Shown: one piece after another, positions 11,722 through 25,189 of the stretch | Numbering within the stretch: position 1 is the first letter of the stretch | How the letters are laid out: each line of letters starts with the position of its first letter | From: Felis catus | Taxonomy: Eukaryota | Length of the DNA stretch: 64,000 bases | Reading direction: 5' to 3' | Assembly: GCF_018350175.1 (NCBI RefSeq) | Contig: NC_058368.1 | Span: forward strand, 126,048,001-126,112,000 | Notes under the pieces: generated by a model | The model's database searches: none | What the model was told of the DNA's origin: nothing | The model's input: the letters and a program-made list of their open reading frames with translations, nothing else | Position numbers and translations under genes: made by a program

Positions 11722-13033
11722 ATAAAATATTTATACTCACCTATATCTTTACACTTACATTTATTTTTCTCCCAAGTAGGGGAATGGAGACACTACCTAG
11801 GTAAGAGGGAATTTTAACCAAGTAAATTAAAAGCTTTTAAATCATTTTAGGGTCACAGTTCTCAATAGATTTTAATATTTGTAATACTGTATTCAAGTAA
11901 GCACAGGTGAATTGAATTTATAATTAAATCTTACCCTCTCTTACAGGTTTTCTTCTGTTTGTTGTTGTTGTTGTTGTTTTCCCACTATTTCTAAAAAAAA
12001 ATGGAGTTTAGGGACCATTCCAACACTGAGAGAACTGAGCTAAGGATACATCTTACATAGATAATTTCATGGATCTTTACAAATTCACTGGTGTCTCTGA
12101 GAATAATAAGTTCTAATTTTCCTCCTGGGCTTCTTCCTTCCTTGCTCCAAATACCTTAATAAGTGATGGAGCCCTATGTGCAAAATACACAATAGCATCA
12201 ACAAAATGCACAGAGAGGGTGGAAGGGTTTTGCTACCAACGTGAACGTGGAAGTGGTAGTGCTGTTCAAGTATTAAAATAAAAAATTGGGACAAAACCAC
12301 AAGGAAGAACTGGCCAAGGTAAATTTCAACTAAATTTGTATCAGAAGGTCTTTCCTTTAGTGGAAAATTTCCCCAAACGAGCTTAAAAGAAAGAAAGAAA
12401 CAAACAAACAAACAAAAAACAACCCACTGACAGAACCCTATGAAAGAGACAGAGGGACCAAAATATAAAGGAAGCCTATCTTACCCTCTCAAGAACTGGC
12501 AATGCAGATACCTTTAATAACCCTAGCATATATATATGATAAAAGAAAACAGGAGAGCTGGTTAAATATTTATTTCGTTATTCTAAAGGGCCTTATGTGG
12601 TGCTTAAAATAGAATTAATTAAAAAAAAATACTTTCGCCTTCTTGTGCTGCAGAATTAGACCACAGATCTTCTTTCCTCCCACACATGTTGGTGATCTGG
12701 CACCTTCTACTTGGATCTAAGGAATCTTAAACAATAAATTGGTTTAGCACTGTTACTGAAACTTCTTCTGTTTGTTCCTCTTAAATTTTACTACCCTAAG
12801 AATGGACTTGGACATCAGCTATCAAGTTTCCTTCAAGATAAAGTGGCAGTTAGTACATAATGGCTTAAGTAATTCTCAACACTGGGTGGCGTAAAGCCAG
12901 CTAAAACTCTTCCTAGTACATATAACTGTTTGCATTAATCAGAGTTTATCTAGAGACCCAGACGACTATTGTGTAGAATTCTGAAGCTCACTAACATTTG
13001 AGTTAGCTAAAGTTGTTTAGAAATAATCCATAT

Positions 13034-13257
13034 CAGTATTTTTCAACCTCAGCCCTTTAGATGTTGGATTTTGTAATTCTTTGTTGGAAAAGGGGTGCTG
13101 GCCTGTGCATTGGATAATGTTTAGCAGCTTCCCTGACCTTTGCTAAATGGATGCCATTTGCACTGCCTCTGCCCCATGCTGAGACAACCAAAAATATCTC
13201 CAGGCATTGCCAAATGTCCCCTTAGGGACAAAATTCAGGCCTCATTGAGAGCCATTG
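13034..13257. mobile_element. MER20 hAT-Charlie MITE
   Basis: Terminal inverted repeats CAGTATTTTTCAA / TTGAGAGCCATTG; internal GACAACCAAAAATATCTCCAGGCATTGCCAAATGTCCCC. Confidence 0.85.
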
Positions 13258-14018
13258 TTTTAAATTGTAGCAGAAAGACAAAATAATTCACCCTGACATC
13301 CCATTGTTCTTTTCCTCTTAAATGTATTCACAGTAGCTCCTGAACACCCCCTTTTTCCCCTTTAATCTGTGAAAATATGACAAATCTTTGCCAGTGGTGT
13401 TTTTACAGTCTTTATTTGGGGGATGAATCCTGTAGATTCTCACTCTCCCAACCTGGTCCATTGTCCATCCCAAGCTGCTCAGTCCTACTTTCTATTCCTA
13501 GGGAAGAAAAAAAAAACCCTCTTTCAAACAGGGGCTTCTTCCTTCTGTACTTTCCTACCTCTTGGCCCTGTGACACATGGGCTACTTCCTTCTAATAACA
13601 TAGACTTTACCCAAACCTAGGGTTTTTGGGTCCTGCAGCATCACAGCTGGAAGGGCTTCAATGACTACTTTGAAGGGATATTCCATAAATTTATGAGATT
13701 AAACTTGGGGGCACTAGGGAGGAGCTGAGAGAGACTTAAAGTCTCCCACTATGTGGGACATCCGAACTCAAACAAGACAATAGGACTCACTGTTAACTAA
13801 CTAAAGGAGAAACAGTCTTTATTCTTTTTCAGACACGAAAAACCTCGAGGTACAAAGACTAAATCGTTATTTGCATTATTAAACATGAGTAAAGTGCTTA
13901 TAGTCTTCTTACTGAGCTAACTAGTCTGTTCCACATTGCAACTTTGACTCCGTATACACATCTAATACTATTGCAGAGCATAGGTTATGACAAAACACAC
14001 GAAAGTGATGACAGCTTT

Positions 14019-14231
14019 GGGGCACCTGGGTGGCTCAGTCAATTAAGCATCCGACTTTGGCTCAGGTCATGATCTCGTGACTCGTGAGTTTGAGCCCCAC
14101 ATCGGGCTCTGTGCTCAGAGCTCAGAGTCTGGAGCCTGCTTTGGATTCTGTGTCTCCCTCTCTCTCTCTGCCCCTCCCCCCTCATGCTCTGTCATCAAAA
14201 ATAAATAAATGTTTAAAAGTTTAAAAAACAA
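14019..14231 (+). mobile_element. Can-SINE (SINEC_Fc type)
   Basis: GGGGCACCTGGGTGGCTCAGTC head. TSD AAAGTGATGACAGC at 14002-14015 and 14232-14245. Confidence 0.95.
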
Positions 14232-14249
14232 AAAGTGATGACAGCATAT

Positions 14250-14480
14250 AATAATAATAATAACATAGATGTCATTTATGGTATATTTACTTTGTGCTAA
14301 AGGTACATATTTTTTATTTTTTACCTTTTGTTACAGTCAGTCCTTACTGCACCCCTATAAATTAGGCCCTATAACTTTACTTTTGCAGAAAGAAAACTCA
14401 GGCTTAGAAAGGACAAGGTCTCATATTTTGGGTGACACAGTAAGAATTCAGACTCAGTTGGTACTAACCTCAAAGCCATT
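14250..14480 (-). mobile_element. MIR fragment
   Basis: TTTTGCAGAAAGAAAACTCAGGCTTAGA, the reverse MIR core. Confidence 0.55.
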
Positions 14481-14689
14481 ATTCATAGTTAGACAGACAG
14501 ACAGACTGACTGTGATGCTACAGGATGCTACTCTCCGTTCCAGGAATTCCCTGAAGATAACACTTTGACATGAAAGTAGTCTCCCAAAGGCAGTCTACAA
14601 AAACAGGACACTCTTTCTTTGTTTGAGGAGATATTTATCATCATGTGGTCCAATTAATATTTGCTGACTACCTTGCTTTGTGGAAGATG

Positions 14690-14820
14690 CACATTCATGA
14701 TTCCTGCTCCAGACCTAAAGATTCATAATTTCTGGAATGGGTGGGAGGCAGACCCAGGTATCTGCATTTTTAAAAAACACAAATTATTTGTATGCCCAGG
14801 AAAGGTTTTGAGCCGCTGAC
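14690..14820. mobile_element. MER5A-like hAT MITE fragment
   Basis: CCAGACCTAAAGATTCATAATTTCTGG...CCCAGGTATCTGCATTTTTAA...TTTGAGCCGCTG. Confidence 0.55.
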
Positions 14821-16027
14821 CTATGTTGTCAGCAGAATGTACTCCCTGGGATGGATACCTCTGTTTTTTTCCTCCAGACCCTCTCTGCCTGAGGAGAGAA
14901 GAGGTATGGGTTTTTAGGTGACAAATGCTCTGGGCATAAATATCCCTTCCTGTTCCTAGCTCTCTTGGTTTCTGCAGAGTCTATCTACATCTCTGTGAAT
15001 ATTTCCTTCCTTAAATTCTCTTCAGTTTCTCCACTTGAGGGTACCCTCTGGTCCCTGGCAGAACCCTGAGTGACACTGTGACAAACATGACTCAAACAGC
15101 TATGTGAGCTGATACTCCTAAGTTGCCTCATCTGTTCTGGGAATAGTACACCTACCTTTCCAGGTGTCAGAAGAATTAAATGAAATAAATATATATATAA
15201 AGTGCTTAGTGGATGCCACAGTAGACTTTGAGTTACTCTTATTTCCTAACCCGTATTACAGCATACTGCCTCTCATTTTTAGCATAATTAGATTGGCCTT
15301 CAAGACATACCTTACTCACTTCAGGTCCTCTAGAATCCTTGGCCCTCTCTCATCCCCAGCCATCTACCCCATCTTCTCATCAGAGGACCCTCTGTCATTT
15401 TGCCTTTCCTGGTTTGTTCAGTCTTACTGTTACCTACAGCATTCACTGCAAGAACTTTCCTGACAACTTTTATGTTGCCCAGGCCACATCCTTTCTGTCT
15501 GGCTGAGCACCAGACCTTCCCATTAACTCCAGATTGAGCCCTCTTTTCTCTACTGTCCAGTGTGCAGGCATCTCCAGACTTAGCCCTCAAAACTTAACCA
15601 AGCTAACTTTAAGTTTCATGGGAGTCTGCTGTTTTTCAGCTCCTATAGATAATCCATTCACTTCTTTAGCCCTTGTCATGCTTCTAAACAATAATCCCTG
15701 ACCATCTAGAGCTTGAAAACTCCCATATCAGAGTAGCACTCTACATCTACCCTTAGGTCATTGCATCTGGTCAAGTATCCATGTGAAGGTGATGGATGGG
15801 CCCTTCTCAGCCTAGCAAAAACATAAAATTCATTCTTTAATTAAAAAAAAAGTGAACCAGAAAGATTAAGTACGTCTGTTCACTTGAGCACCAAACATAT
15901 GTCAGGCACTTTCCTAGGCACTGATAGATGGTTGTTTCTGTCCATTCTATATGCAAGAATACAGCTAAGAGATAAGTCAGTCTCCTGACTCAAGTATCTT
16001 TCATAACTCCCAAAGAATTAATCTGAA

Positions 16028-16238
16028 TTTTTTAAGTTTATTTATTTATTTTGAGAGAGAGCAAGAACACTAGCAGAGAAGGGACAAAAGGAGAGGGAGA
16101 GAGAAAATCCCAATCAGACTCTGTGCTGTCAGCACAGAACCCGACTTGGGGCTGCCTTGATCTCACAAACTGTGAGATCATGACCTGAGTCAAAATCTAG
16201 AGTCTGACACTTAACCAACTGAGCTACTCAGGGGTACC
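16028..16238 (-). mobile_element. Can-SINE
   Basis: Reverse SINE body flanked by TAATCTGAATTTTT / TAATCTGTGAATTTTT. Confidence 0.9.
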
Positions 16239-17749
16239 TAATCTGTGAATTTTTGAAGAAGGTGCTTGAACCTGGGGAGAAAGAGTAAGCGCATATACTA
16301 CAATGGAATCGCTACACATGTTCCTCAACATGCTTACAGCCAGTGAAGTTTTACATTGGGTTATGATATGGATAAGGTACTCTTGGTACCTGCCTAACCC
16401 ATTCTGGTCTAACTGGAGTCCTATGTTTCAGTTACAATATGCTATCTGCACTGGAATACCTGCTTGCTGCCTCAGGTTAATTATTTCCTCAGTTTCTCAC
16501 TTTGATTATGCCTTTATTTAAATATAGTCTTAAAGAGTCCAAATATTGGCCAATTGGAAATGCTACAGGCATTCTCCGGGGTTTTCTGGAAATGATGAAT
16601 CTAGTTTTCTGGACTTCTCCACAGTATTCTCTAAGGCTTTAATTTTGCACTCTATGGCAGTTGTATTTTCTTTGGAAGGTCAGTATTATCCCATAGTCAC
16701 CACTTCATTTGCTTTTTGGTCTGTGTCCTATGCCTCTAGAAAGAGGGTTTATGATTTTTGTGGAGAAGAGTCCCTTATGCTTAGGGTCTGAACTGAGTTT
16801 CCATTTGTGAGATATGAGAGTCATCCTAGAGTACGCCAAGCACCAATAGCTTAAGATGCAAATATTTAATCCCTTCAAGTCCTATACATTGAAGATTATC
16901 CATACATGGAATTTACAAAAGAAAAGAATACCTCGCCCAAAATGTCCAAAATGAAGCCTGTGTTGAAAACTGCTAGAACTCCATATTTCGCAGACGGATT
17001 TTCATATGAAAAAACTGAAGCCTGAAAGTTTAAGTGATTTACACAAGGCTCTAATAATCCAAACACTTTTTACATTTTTTCTTAGGAATTTGTTCTATAG
17101 TTTTTTTTAGAGGATGGGGTAAAATAGATATTTATCTTTTTAATTGTCTTTATTTATCCTCTTTTTGAAAATATGCACACACACCCCACCCAGTGCACAT
17201 GAAAGGATGAGATGGATGCAAACCAACATTTATCTGAGACAATGAAGAAAATAAACCTAGAGGTGAAAAATATATTAATACTCCACATCAAACAATCCAC
17301 AAGCTAGATGAACCATGTATGGGAAACCCACTACAGGAATATGAAGGAATATCAGAGGCCAAAAGAAATAATATACCCAGCTTAGATAAATTCACTTTGA
17401 CCCTAGGAATCTAGATCTATAGAGTTTTAACAAACCCCAATCCTACTAAACTTCTGCTATCTGCTTAAACTCTTGATATCTGTGTAGATTTTAACAAGAT
17501 AGAGTAAAATACTAGAAGTTAAGTTAGCTATTCTAAGCTGTAGATTTTAGTTATACTTTTAGGAAGGCAGAGCACCCCCTCATTCCCAAGGAGAAGCAGA
17601 GCAATAAGAATGATTGTTTTTTTGAACCATAGAACAAAAACTTCGTGAGAACCATGTATTTCCAGATTCCCGTAAGTTGTTACCTTCTACTTTAGATGGA
17701 GAACTGAACATCATCACCAGGGCATCTTCAAATATTTGAAGGCAATCTG

Positions 17750-18690
17750 TGCCCATCTTTCCTGATTGCATCTGAAGCTAAACCCAGTTAAACTACAACC
17801 ATAAAGAGCTTGGACAATGTGCTCCAAATTGAATTTATTGTCTGTACCGCCTAGTGAAAACCTACTTAGTTGTCCTCCTAAATCACAATAATGTTCCTTC
17901 CTCTCACTGTTATCTGAGTCTCACTGTTGTACTCTACTGGAGAATCAAAATATCTGTACTATTACAGTAATGTCCTAAGTAGTCCTTCAAAAAGCATGGT
18001 CACAGTGTGGTCCTATCTACCACACCACTCACCACCCACCAAAACATGATATCTTTCTATAAAAACAAATGTAATCAGTCACTCTGCTGCTGAAAACCTT
18101 GAATAGCCATTTTACAGTATGGCTTACCTGTCTTCATAATCTCATTTCCACATCACTTTTAAGCCCCATATCTCCCCAACCATCTTCTTTCCCCCATCAG
18201 ATTCTTTCTATGACCCACAGACACAATTTCACAGTCTAGTCATGCTGAACATCTCCTATTCTCCAAATCACTGAGTGTTTCCTAACTATTTGACTTTATG
18301 TACTTTCTCTTTGCTCTGCCTAAAATATCCGTTCCCCTGTTGACATTTTGACAGATTGTTATTCATCCTTCATGTCCCAGCTTAAATATCATCTCTCCCT
18401 GGGGCCTTCCGTATCTTTGGTTCACTTCACAGTGGTGATTCAATTCCTATGGAAACCCTCTGCCAAATCCTGATAACCAAGCTACTGGTTCCTCCTCTTT
18501 TTGTAACTGCAACTTTGTTTACATCTGTTTTTCATACCATTATTACTATCTGACTAGTTTCCTAAGTCTGTGCCTTTGTTCTCTTTGAGACTGACAGTTC
18601 CCAGACCGTGATAATATCTTAGATCCCAAAGCCAGCATAGAACCTAGTGCTTCACAGCTGGTGACACTCGTTAAATGTATGCTCAAGGCA
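17750..18690 (+). mobile_element. L2 3' region, highly degenerate
   Basis: ATCTTTCTATAAAAACAAATGTAATCAGTCACTCTGCTGCTGAAAACCTT and ATTCATCCTTCATGTCCCAGCTTAAATATCA are L2-like. Confidence 0.55.
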
Positions 18691-19919
18691 TGTGTGAATA
18701 TCTTGTGTGTCTCCGGAGTTCAAACCAGGGAGCAAGAGGTAAAAATAACATGGAAAAGATTTTCCAAAGATTCCTATAAAAGGAAACTCAAGAGATAAAA
18801 TTTTCGTATTTGTCAGCAGAAGGGATTCAGCCCACAGATAGGAGTTGCACTGGCTAACCTGTGAGCTCCTTGAGTTCAAGGACTGCATCTATTCACCTTT
18901 ATATTTCCACAGAAATTACCACTTTAGCACATATATATGGGCACTGAAAAAAATATTCAGAGGGTGAATCAGTGCTTTTGCATCTATGATATTTAATGAC
19001 TTTAGGTATCATAATCAAGAATATGTGGAAAAAAGTGTTGTGATTCAAATATATTATCTTGGTTAGAGTGTTTATTTCTATAGATTAAAATGGTTAGTTG
19101 AAAATACCCTTGGATTCAGACATGATTCTTTTACCTTAATATTAATTGTGTCTTCAAACTATTTCATCACAGTTTTATGCACAAATTGGCCATTGAAACT
19201 AGTTCACATTATTTAGCCTTTTTTTCTTTTGAAATAGCTTTTGACTGACCTCACTAAAATAGATGCATGTATAAGGAAATGATGAACTCTCAAGGGAGAG
19301 GAGTTAAATAGAAAAAAAAAAAATCTTTGTAGTTAACAGAGATATCCATAGGGTATTAGAAGTGTGAGAGTCTGCTGATGATGAAGCATGAACTTGCATG
19401 TAAATGCAGCTGGCAGGCTAGAGAAGTTAGACCAGCATCAGAAATGGGGTGTCTCAAGTGTTCTGGATGAGGGCAATAGTGATTTTTTGGAAAAGACAAT
19501 TTGTTGGTACAGTTACACACAGCCATAAAATGATCTCCAGGTAAATTTTGAGTATGTGGTGCTCCATTGCTTACAGAAGCTGTGTACTGTCGGGAAAAGG
19601 CAAGTGGCACAGAATTAGGGATTGATCAGGTAATCCTATCAATCTAGCTGTCAATAGCTAGACACTGTTGAAGTCATCATATTGTTTAGCTAAGTAACTT
19701 TTTGCTTCATGTTATCACCTAATTCCTCTGACCATTTTACTGGAAAGTCACCATAATAGGAATTATGGAATTATATATTATGAGCGGCATTAATTCTTCA
19801 GGAGGCTTCTACCTAGCGGTCAATAAAACAAATGCTTGAATCAAAATAACTCTTCCTCATATCTTTCAAGTACTTAAGAAATGTATGAGAACAGGACCAG
19901 TTCTTTCTTTTTAGCAGCC

Positions 19920-19943
19920 ATGTTTATTTTATGTTTATTTATT

Positions 19944-20001
<58 letters not shown>

Positions 20002-20161
20002 CGAGTGGAGGAGGGGCAGAGACAGAGACACAGAATCCGGAGCAGGCTCCAGGCTCTGAGCTGTAGCACAGAGCCCCATGAGGGGGCTTAAACTCACAAC
20101 CGTGAGGTCATGACCTGAGCCGAAATCAGACACTTAACCCACTGAGCCACCCAGGCACCCC
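19920..20161 (-). mobile_element. Can-SINE with long (GA)n
   Basis: Full body; TSD-like TTAGCAGC[C/A]ATG[T/C]TTA on both sides. Confidence 0.95.
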
Positions 20162-20198
20162 TTAGCAGCAATGCTTAATACAAAACTGCAGCAAAGCA

Positions 20199-20407
20199 TG
20201 GGGCGCCTGGGTGGCTTGGTCGGTTAAGGTCCGACTTCGGCTAAGGTCATGATCTCATGGTCCATGAGTTTGAGCCCCGCGTCAGGCTCTGTGCTGACAG
20301 CTCAGAGCCTGGAGCCTGTTTCAGATTCTGTGTCTCCCTCTCTCTCTGCCCCTCCCCTGTTCATGCTTTGTCTCTCTCTGTCTCAAAAATAAATAAACGT
20401 TAAAAAG
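20199..20407 (+). mobile_element. Young Can-SINE (SINEC_Fc type)
   Basis: Close to consensus. Perfect 16-bp TSD AAACTGCAGCAAAGCA at 20183-20198 and 20408-20423. Confidence 0.97.
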
Positions 20408-20545
20408 AAACTGCAGCAAAGCAAAAAACATGAAAAAAGAAAATACTTCCTGACCTACTTCAAAAAGGTCAACTTTAAATACAGGCAGTCACAGAACCAG
20501 ATAGTCCGCTTGAGATTTTGTTTGGCTGGTTAAGAACCTATTCCT

Positions 20546-20808
20546 GGGGCGTCTGGGTGCCTTAGTTCTTGGGCATTTGACTTCAGCTCATGTCACGATC
20601 TCATGGCTAGGGAGTTCTCATGGCTCCGGAGTTCGAGCCCCCACGTCAGGCTCTGTGCTGCTAGCTCAGAGCATGGAGCCTACTTTGGATTCTTTGTCTC
20701 CCTCTTTCTTTGCCCTTCCCCTGCTCCTGCTCTGTCTCTCTCTCTCCTTCAAAAATAAATAAACATTAAAAGGAAAGAGAAAGAAAGAAAAAGAAAGAAA
20801 GAAAGAAA

Positions 20809-20860
<52 letters not shown>
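20546..20860 (+). mobile_element. Can-SINE with (GAAA)n tetranucleotide tail
   Basis: SINE body; GAAA array at about 20775-20860. Confidence 0.92.
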
Positions 20861-21342
20861 AAAACTGTTCCTAAGGAAGTGAGAATAAAATGGAACAAAG
20901 TCTACCATGAACAGTTAGGAAATAGTCAGATTTGCTAAGGAATTTTTTAGTTTCATTCCATCTCAATTCATTTAGTTGGAATTTGTGCAACATCTTTGAA
21001 CCAAATGCATTAGAGAAGACTTTATGAAAAAAAAATATCTTTTTCTTTTTTAACCCTCAAATACAGATAAATCTCTAGCAGGTGCCTTTGTGCACTTCTC
21101 TTCACACTAGATATGTTTGTTAAGTACAATTAGCATTTTTTTAGCATATTTTACCTAGTGATCCCCTGAAGGAATTAAGACTCATTTGGGATTTTTTTTC
21201 CTCCAAAATGTCATTCTTTTTTTGGGTCATTGGAGTCACTGCTATGCCACTTTAGCAGTACTAAGTTAAAACACAAAACTCTGAAGAGGTAGTATTGGCA
21301 CTCAGGAACTATGTGCCATTAGCCTTGGACTATTAGAAAGTG

Positions 21343-21880
21343 CACCTGACCCTTCAGCAACACAGGGGTTGGGGATGCTGAAAAATAAAAACTTCATGTG
21401 TAACTTTTGAATCCCCAGAAGTTTACCTACTGATAGCCTACTGTTGACAAGAAGCCTTACTGATAACATAGTTGATCAGCACATATTATATGTATTGGAT
21501 ACTGTATTCTTATGATAAAGTAAGCTTAGAATAAAAAAGTTTAAGAAAATCATCCAGGAATATAAAATACATTTTTTAAGTTTATTTCTGTATTTTGAGA
21601 GAGAGAGAGAGCATGTGAGAGGTGGGGAGGGGTGAAAGAGAGAGGGGGGTACAGAGGGAGAGAGAATCCCAAGCAAGCTCTGCACCAGTCATGCAAAGCC
21701 TGATGCAGGGCTCGAAGTCATGAACCCTGAGATCATAAGCTGAGCCAAAACCAAGAGTCAGACGTTTAACTTCCTGAACCACCTAGGCACCCCTAGCATA
21801 CATTTACGGTACTGTACTGTATCAATAAAAAAAAAAAATCCACGTATAAATGAACCTGTGCATTTCAAACCCTTGTTTTT
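21343..21880. mobile_element. Tigger2-family (MER8/MER28/Tigger2a-like) non-autonomous DNA transposon, split by a SINE
   Basis: CACCTGACCCTTCAGCAACAC at left; AAAATCCACGTATAAATGAACCTGTGCATTTCAAACCCTTGTT at right. Confidence 0.75.
21572..21793 (-). mobile_element. Can-SINE nested in the Tigger element
   Basis: Reverse SINE body with ATACATTT on both flanks. Confidence 0.92.
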
Positions 21881-22557
21881 TTGTAAAATATATGTGGATT
21901 ATATAATCTACTGTGTAAAGTATGAAACTCAAGGTAAAAAATAGGCCAGATATACTTTATTATTAAAAAAATTGTATTTTTTAACCTCTTTACTAGATCT
22001 TACTATAAAATTCCACTTAAAGCTTTAAGTAAAACATAGCATTTCAAGGATATTTCCACTTAAAAATTGATTGAAAATCATAAAAGGAGATACTGTCTTA
22101 AAAGAAGTACATGTTATTTCTTTCTTCTAATGACCCCCTAGCAGCTTCAGGAATAACTCGTAAGTATGGTGTCTGAGCTTCCAGGAATTTGGAGTGATTT
22201 CCCCGGTTAATTAACCTCATGCACTTCCAGCAATCTAATCAAGTTGACCTTCAGGTTCTACCTAAGTGCTTCTTACCTCAGACTTCCCAGATCACAGGTG
22301 ATCAAGTGGCTCATTAATAGAAAACCACTTTTAATTCCTATGTTTCGTATAAACTCCTTAATGGTGATGAGCCATTCATACCCAATAAATAAGTCATTGA
22401 TAGTGAATCTAATCAGCAGCACCCCCACCACTGCATTATAAATTATGTCAGTGCTTGGGAATATTAGAGTGTCCTCCTCCATGCTCACTACACTTTGTAT
22501 TAAAACCTCACACTACTGCACTTAAGTCTCAGGCTTTTGGACAAATGTGAATTATGC

Positions 22558-23093
22558 CACATTAGTGACCTATTGTTGTGTAACAAATTACTCCAAAATT
22601 TGGTGGCTTAAAACAATACACATTTATTACTTTGCATTTTCTGTTGGTCAAGAATTAGGAAGTGGCTTAGCTGGGTGATTCTGGGCCAGAACCTCTGGGC
22701 CAGTTTACAGTCAAGATGTCAGTAAGAACTTCAGTTGTATGAAGACTTGCCTGGGTCTACAAAATCAGCTTTCAGGATGGCTCACTGACATGGCCATTGA
22801 TTGGAGGCCTCAGTTTTTAGCACACAGATCTCTCACAGAGCATAGGGCATTGGGCTGCTGAGTGTTCTCATGGCAGAAAAGCTGCCCTCTCCCAGTTAAG
22901 AGTTACAAAGGAAAGAGCCAAGAGAAAACTACAATGCCCTTTATGAGCTAGTCTTCAAAGCTATACACCATCACATCCACCATATTTTAGATTCATTAAG
23001 TACAAGCCACACTCAACCAAAGGTGAATTAGGCACCACATGTTTAAGGGAGGCGTGGCCAAGAATCTGTAGGTATGTGTTAAAAAACACCACA
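22558..23093 (-). mobile_element. MLT1 (F/G/H-like) solo LTR
   Basis: TATTGTTGTGTAACAAATTACTCCAAAATTTGGTGGCTTAAAACAA...GTGGCTTAGCTGGGTGATTCTGG. Confidence 0.8.
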
Positions 23094-23382
23094 CATGCAA
23101 ATTCATTTTCCACAAATAAATGTTAGGTGGATATGGTGGCCAACAACAGACCTATTAAAAGAAATGGAGAATTAAGTGGTATGTGGAATGATGGTATGTA
23201 AATGATGTGTATAGTATGTGAAATCTATTTTAATGAGGCTGTTAAAAACTTGTTTAAACAATAAAAACAGATAAGGAAGATACTTGATTGAGAAGAGGAA
23301 AAAATAAGGTGTTTGTTTGGACCCTGTTATGTACTCAGTATTTTACCCAGCATAGCTCCTTTAAGGCTCATAACAAACTTAA

Positions 23383-23597
23383 TAGTGATGTCTTAGAACT
23401 GGTATGTACTGGCTTGTGAGCATGTTAGCATCTCTGTCATCATCTCTTTCTCGTTCCATGTTCAGTGACACCATGTTGGAAGCTTGAAATCAGCCATGGT
23501 GGGAGTATTTACACCTTAGAAATCGATAAATCCTACAAATTAGCCATCCTCCTTGCCCTAGAGAGCTGGTTGTTAAACATTGATGAACATATCACTG
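23383..23597. mobile_element. MER63A-like hAT-Blackjack MITE, inserted in a MIR remnant
   Basis: GTTCAGTGACACCATGTTGGAAGCTTGAAATCAGCCATGGTGGGAGTATTTACACC...GAGAGCTGGTTGTTAAACATT. Confidence 0.8.
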
Positions 23598-24540
23598 GGT
23601 AAGATTGACCCTAATTTACAGATGAGGAAAATTAAGGAAAAGAGCTTTTTAAATTTGTTTTTTATATTTTGCTGATTTTGCTTTTCCCAAGGAACATAAG
23701 GGTAATGAATGGAAAGCTGAGAGTTCGAAACCAGTGTTGAATGAAAGTTTGGTTTCTAGTGTGTCTGTTACCTCTCTAAGAGGATTAATTGCTATACATG
23801 GCTCACCCTTTTTTCTTTGCCTCCATCATGATAATAGTGTATTTATAATGATGAGAAAGACTATGATTAGGTATCCAACCACGAGTAATTGGGAAATTAT
23901 TCTACCTGAGGGATTGAAAAAACTAGTGAAAATCAAAAATAAAAAGATCTAACTGCAGTTCAATTCTAAGTAGGAAAAAACGGGGAGAGGAAAGGTAACA
24001 AATGGGAGGGACCCTATATTCTATTAAATAGGAACTTGCTAGAAGTTGTCATATATGAGGTATTTCTGCAGCATCTAACCAAAGTGTGAGAATATTTTCT
24101 CAGTACAGAAAACACTGGGCCTCATTTTTCTAGATTGACATTTATGTCTCAAGTCAATATTTATTACCTTTAGCTTCAGATAAACACTCTTGAAAAAATT
24201 ATTTCTTATTTAAACAATTTTTGCTCTATTTAGCATAGTTAAAACATCATATTCCATACACACATGTAAATTATGCAGAATTGTCCCTGTGCAGATAACC
24301 ATATAAACACTAATGCACACATCCCCCAAATGGAGGCTTGCGATGTGTGTGGATGGAGAGGAAGGATGAAATTGACTTTCCTGGAGCAACTGTTTTTTAC
24401 CAACAGTGCTAATAGGTCAGAAGTGATCACATTTATGGTTATTAAGTAAAATACTGTGCCAGTAAGAATATGTGCATTAAGGCACACACATATCAAATCT
24501 CACCACCATGTGAGAGGTGGAAAAAAAAAATGACAGCTCT

Positions 24541-24640
24541 GTTACCATGGAGACAGAAGCAGAGACACCAGCTACAAACTCGGAATACCAATTAACAGCT
24601 AGCACTTTTTTATGTTATAAAAATTGGTTGCCAGGGCAAC
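24541..24640. promoter_or_regulatory. Two RFX X-box motifs (candidate enhancer)
   Basis: GTTACCATGGAGAC at 24541-24554 and GTTGCCAGGGCAAC at 24627-24640. Motif match only. Confidence 0.45.
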
Positions 24641-25189
24641 TCACAGGATTGGCCCAGGTTATCAAATGAATTATAAACCGAATCCAAAAAGTCAAATTCT
24701 TGAGAGTTTTGTAGATCTTAATTTAAGGAAATGATTTATGGAGTTCATTCTATAATCAAGATAGGATCTGTTTTCTCTGATTCCTCATGTCATTCCCCCT
24801 ACTTCGTCTTTTCTTTTAAAATATTCCTTAGGCAGAGACTGGGATATAAACCTTAATATTCTCATTTATGTTTCCAACAACAACAAAACCCACAAAAACA
24901 AAAACAATATAAGTTCAATAAAACCATCATCTAACAAGTTCTTTTAATACAGACAAAACACAAGCAACCTTGGTTATATCTACACAAAATGGTTGATTCC
25001 TGGTTAGCTACATTTTATCAAGCATCTACTATCTATGTGACAGATGGTTCATATATTTAGTCCTCAAAAAGAATTCAGGACCTGGAGATACTAGCCACAT
25101 TTTGCTGAGAACCAAGTGTTAAATTATTTGCCACAGACAGTTCTCACCCTGAAGACTTGTTGTCCTCTAGGGTCTGTGATGTAAGCAAC

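Noticed and set aside
20775..20860. Regular repeat array as CRISPR-like
   Set aside because: It is a simple (GAAA)n SINE tail with no spacers, in eukaryotic DNA.
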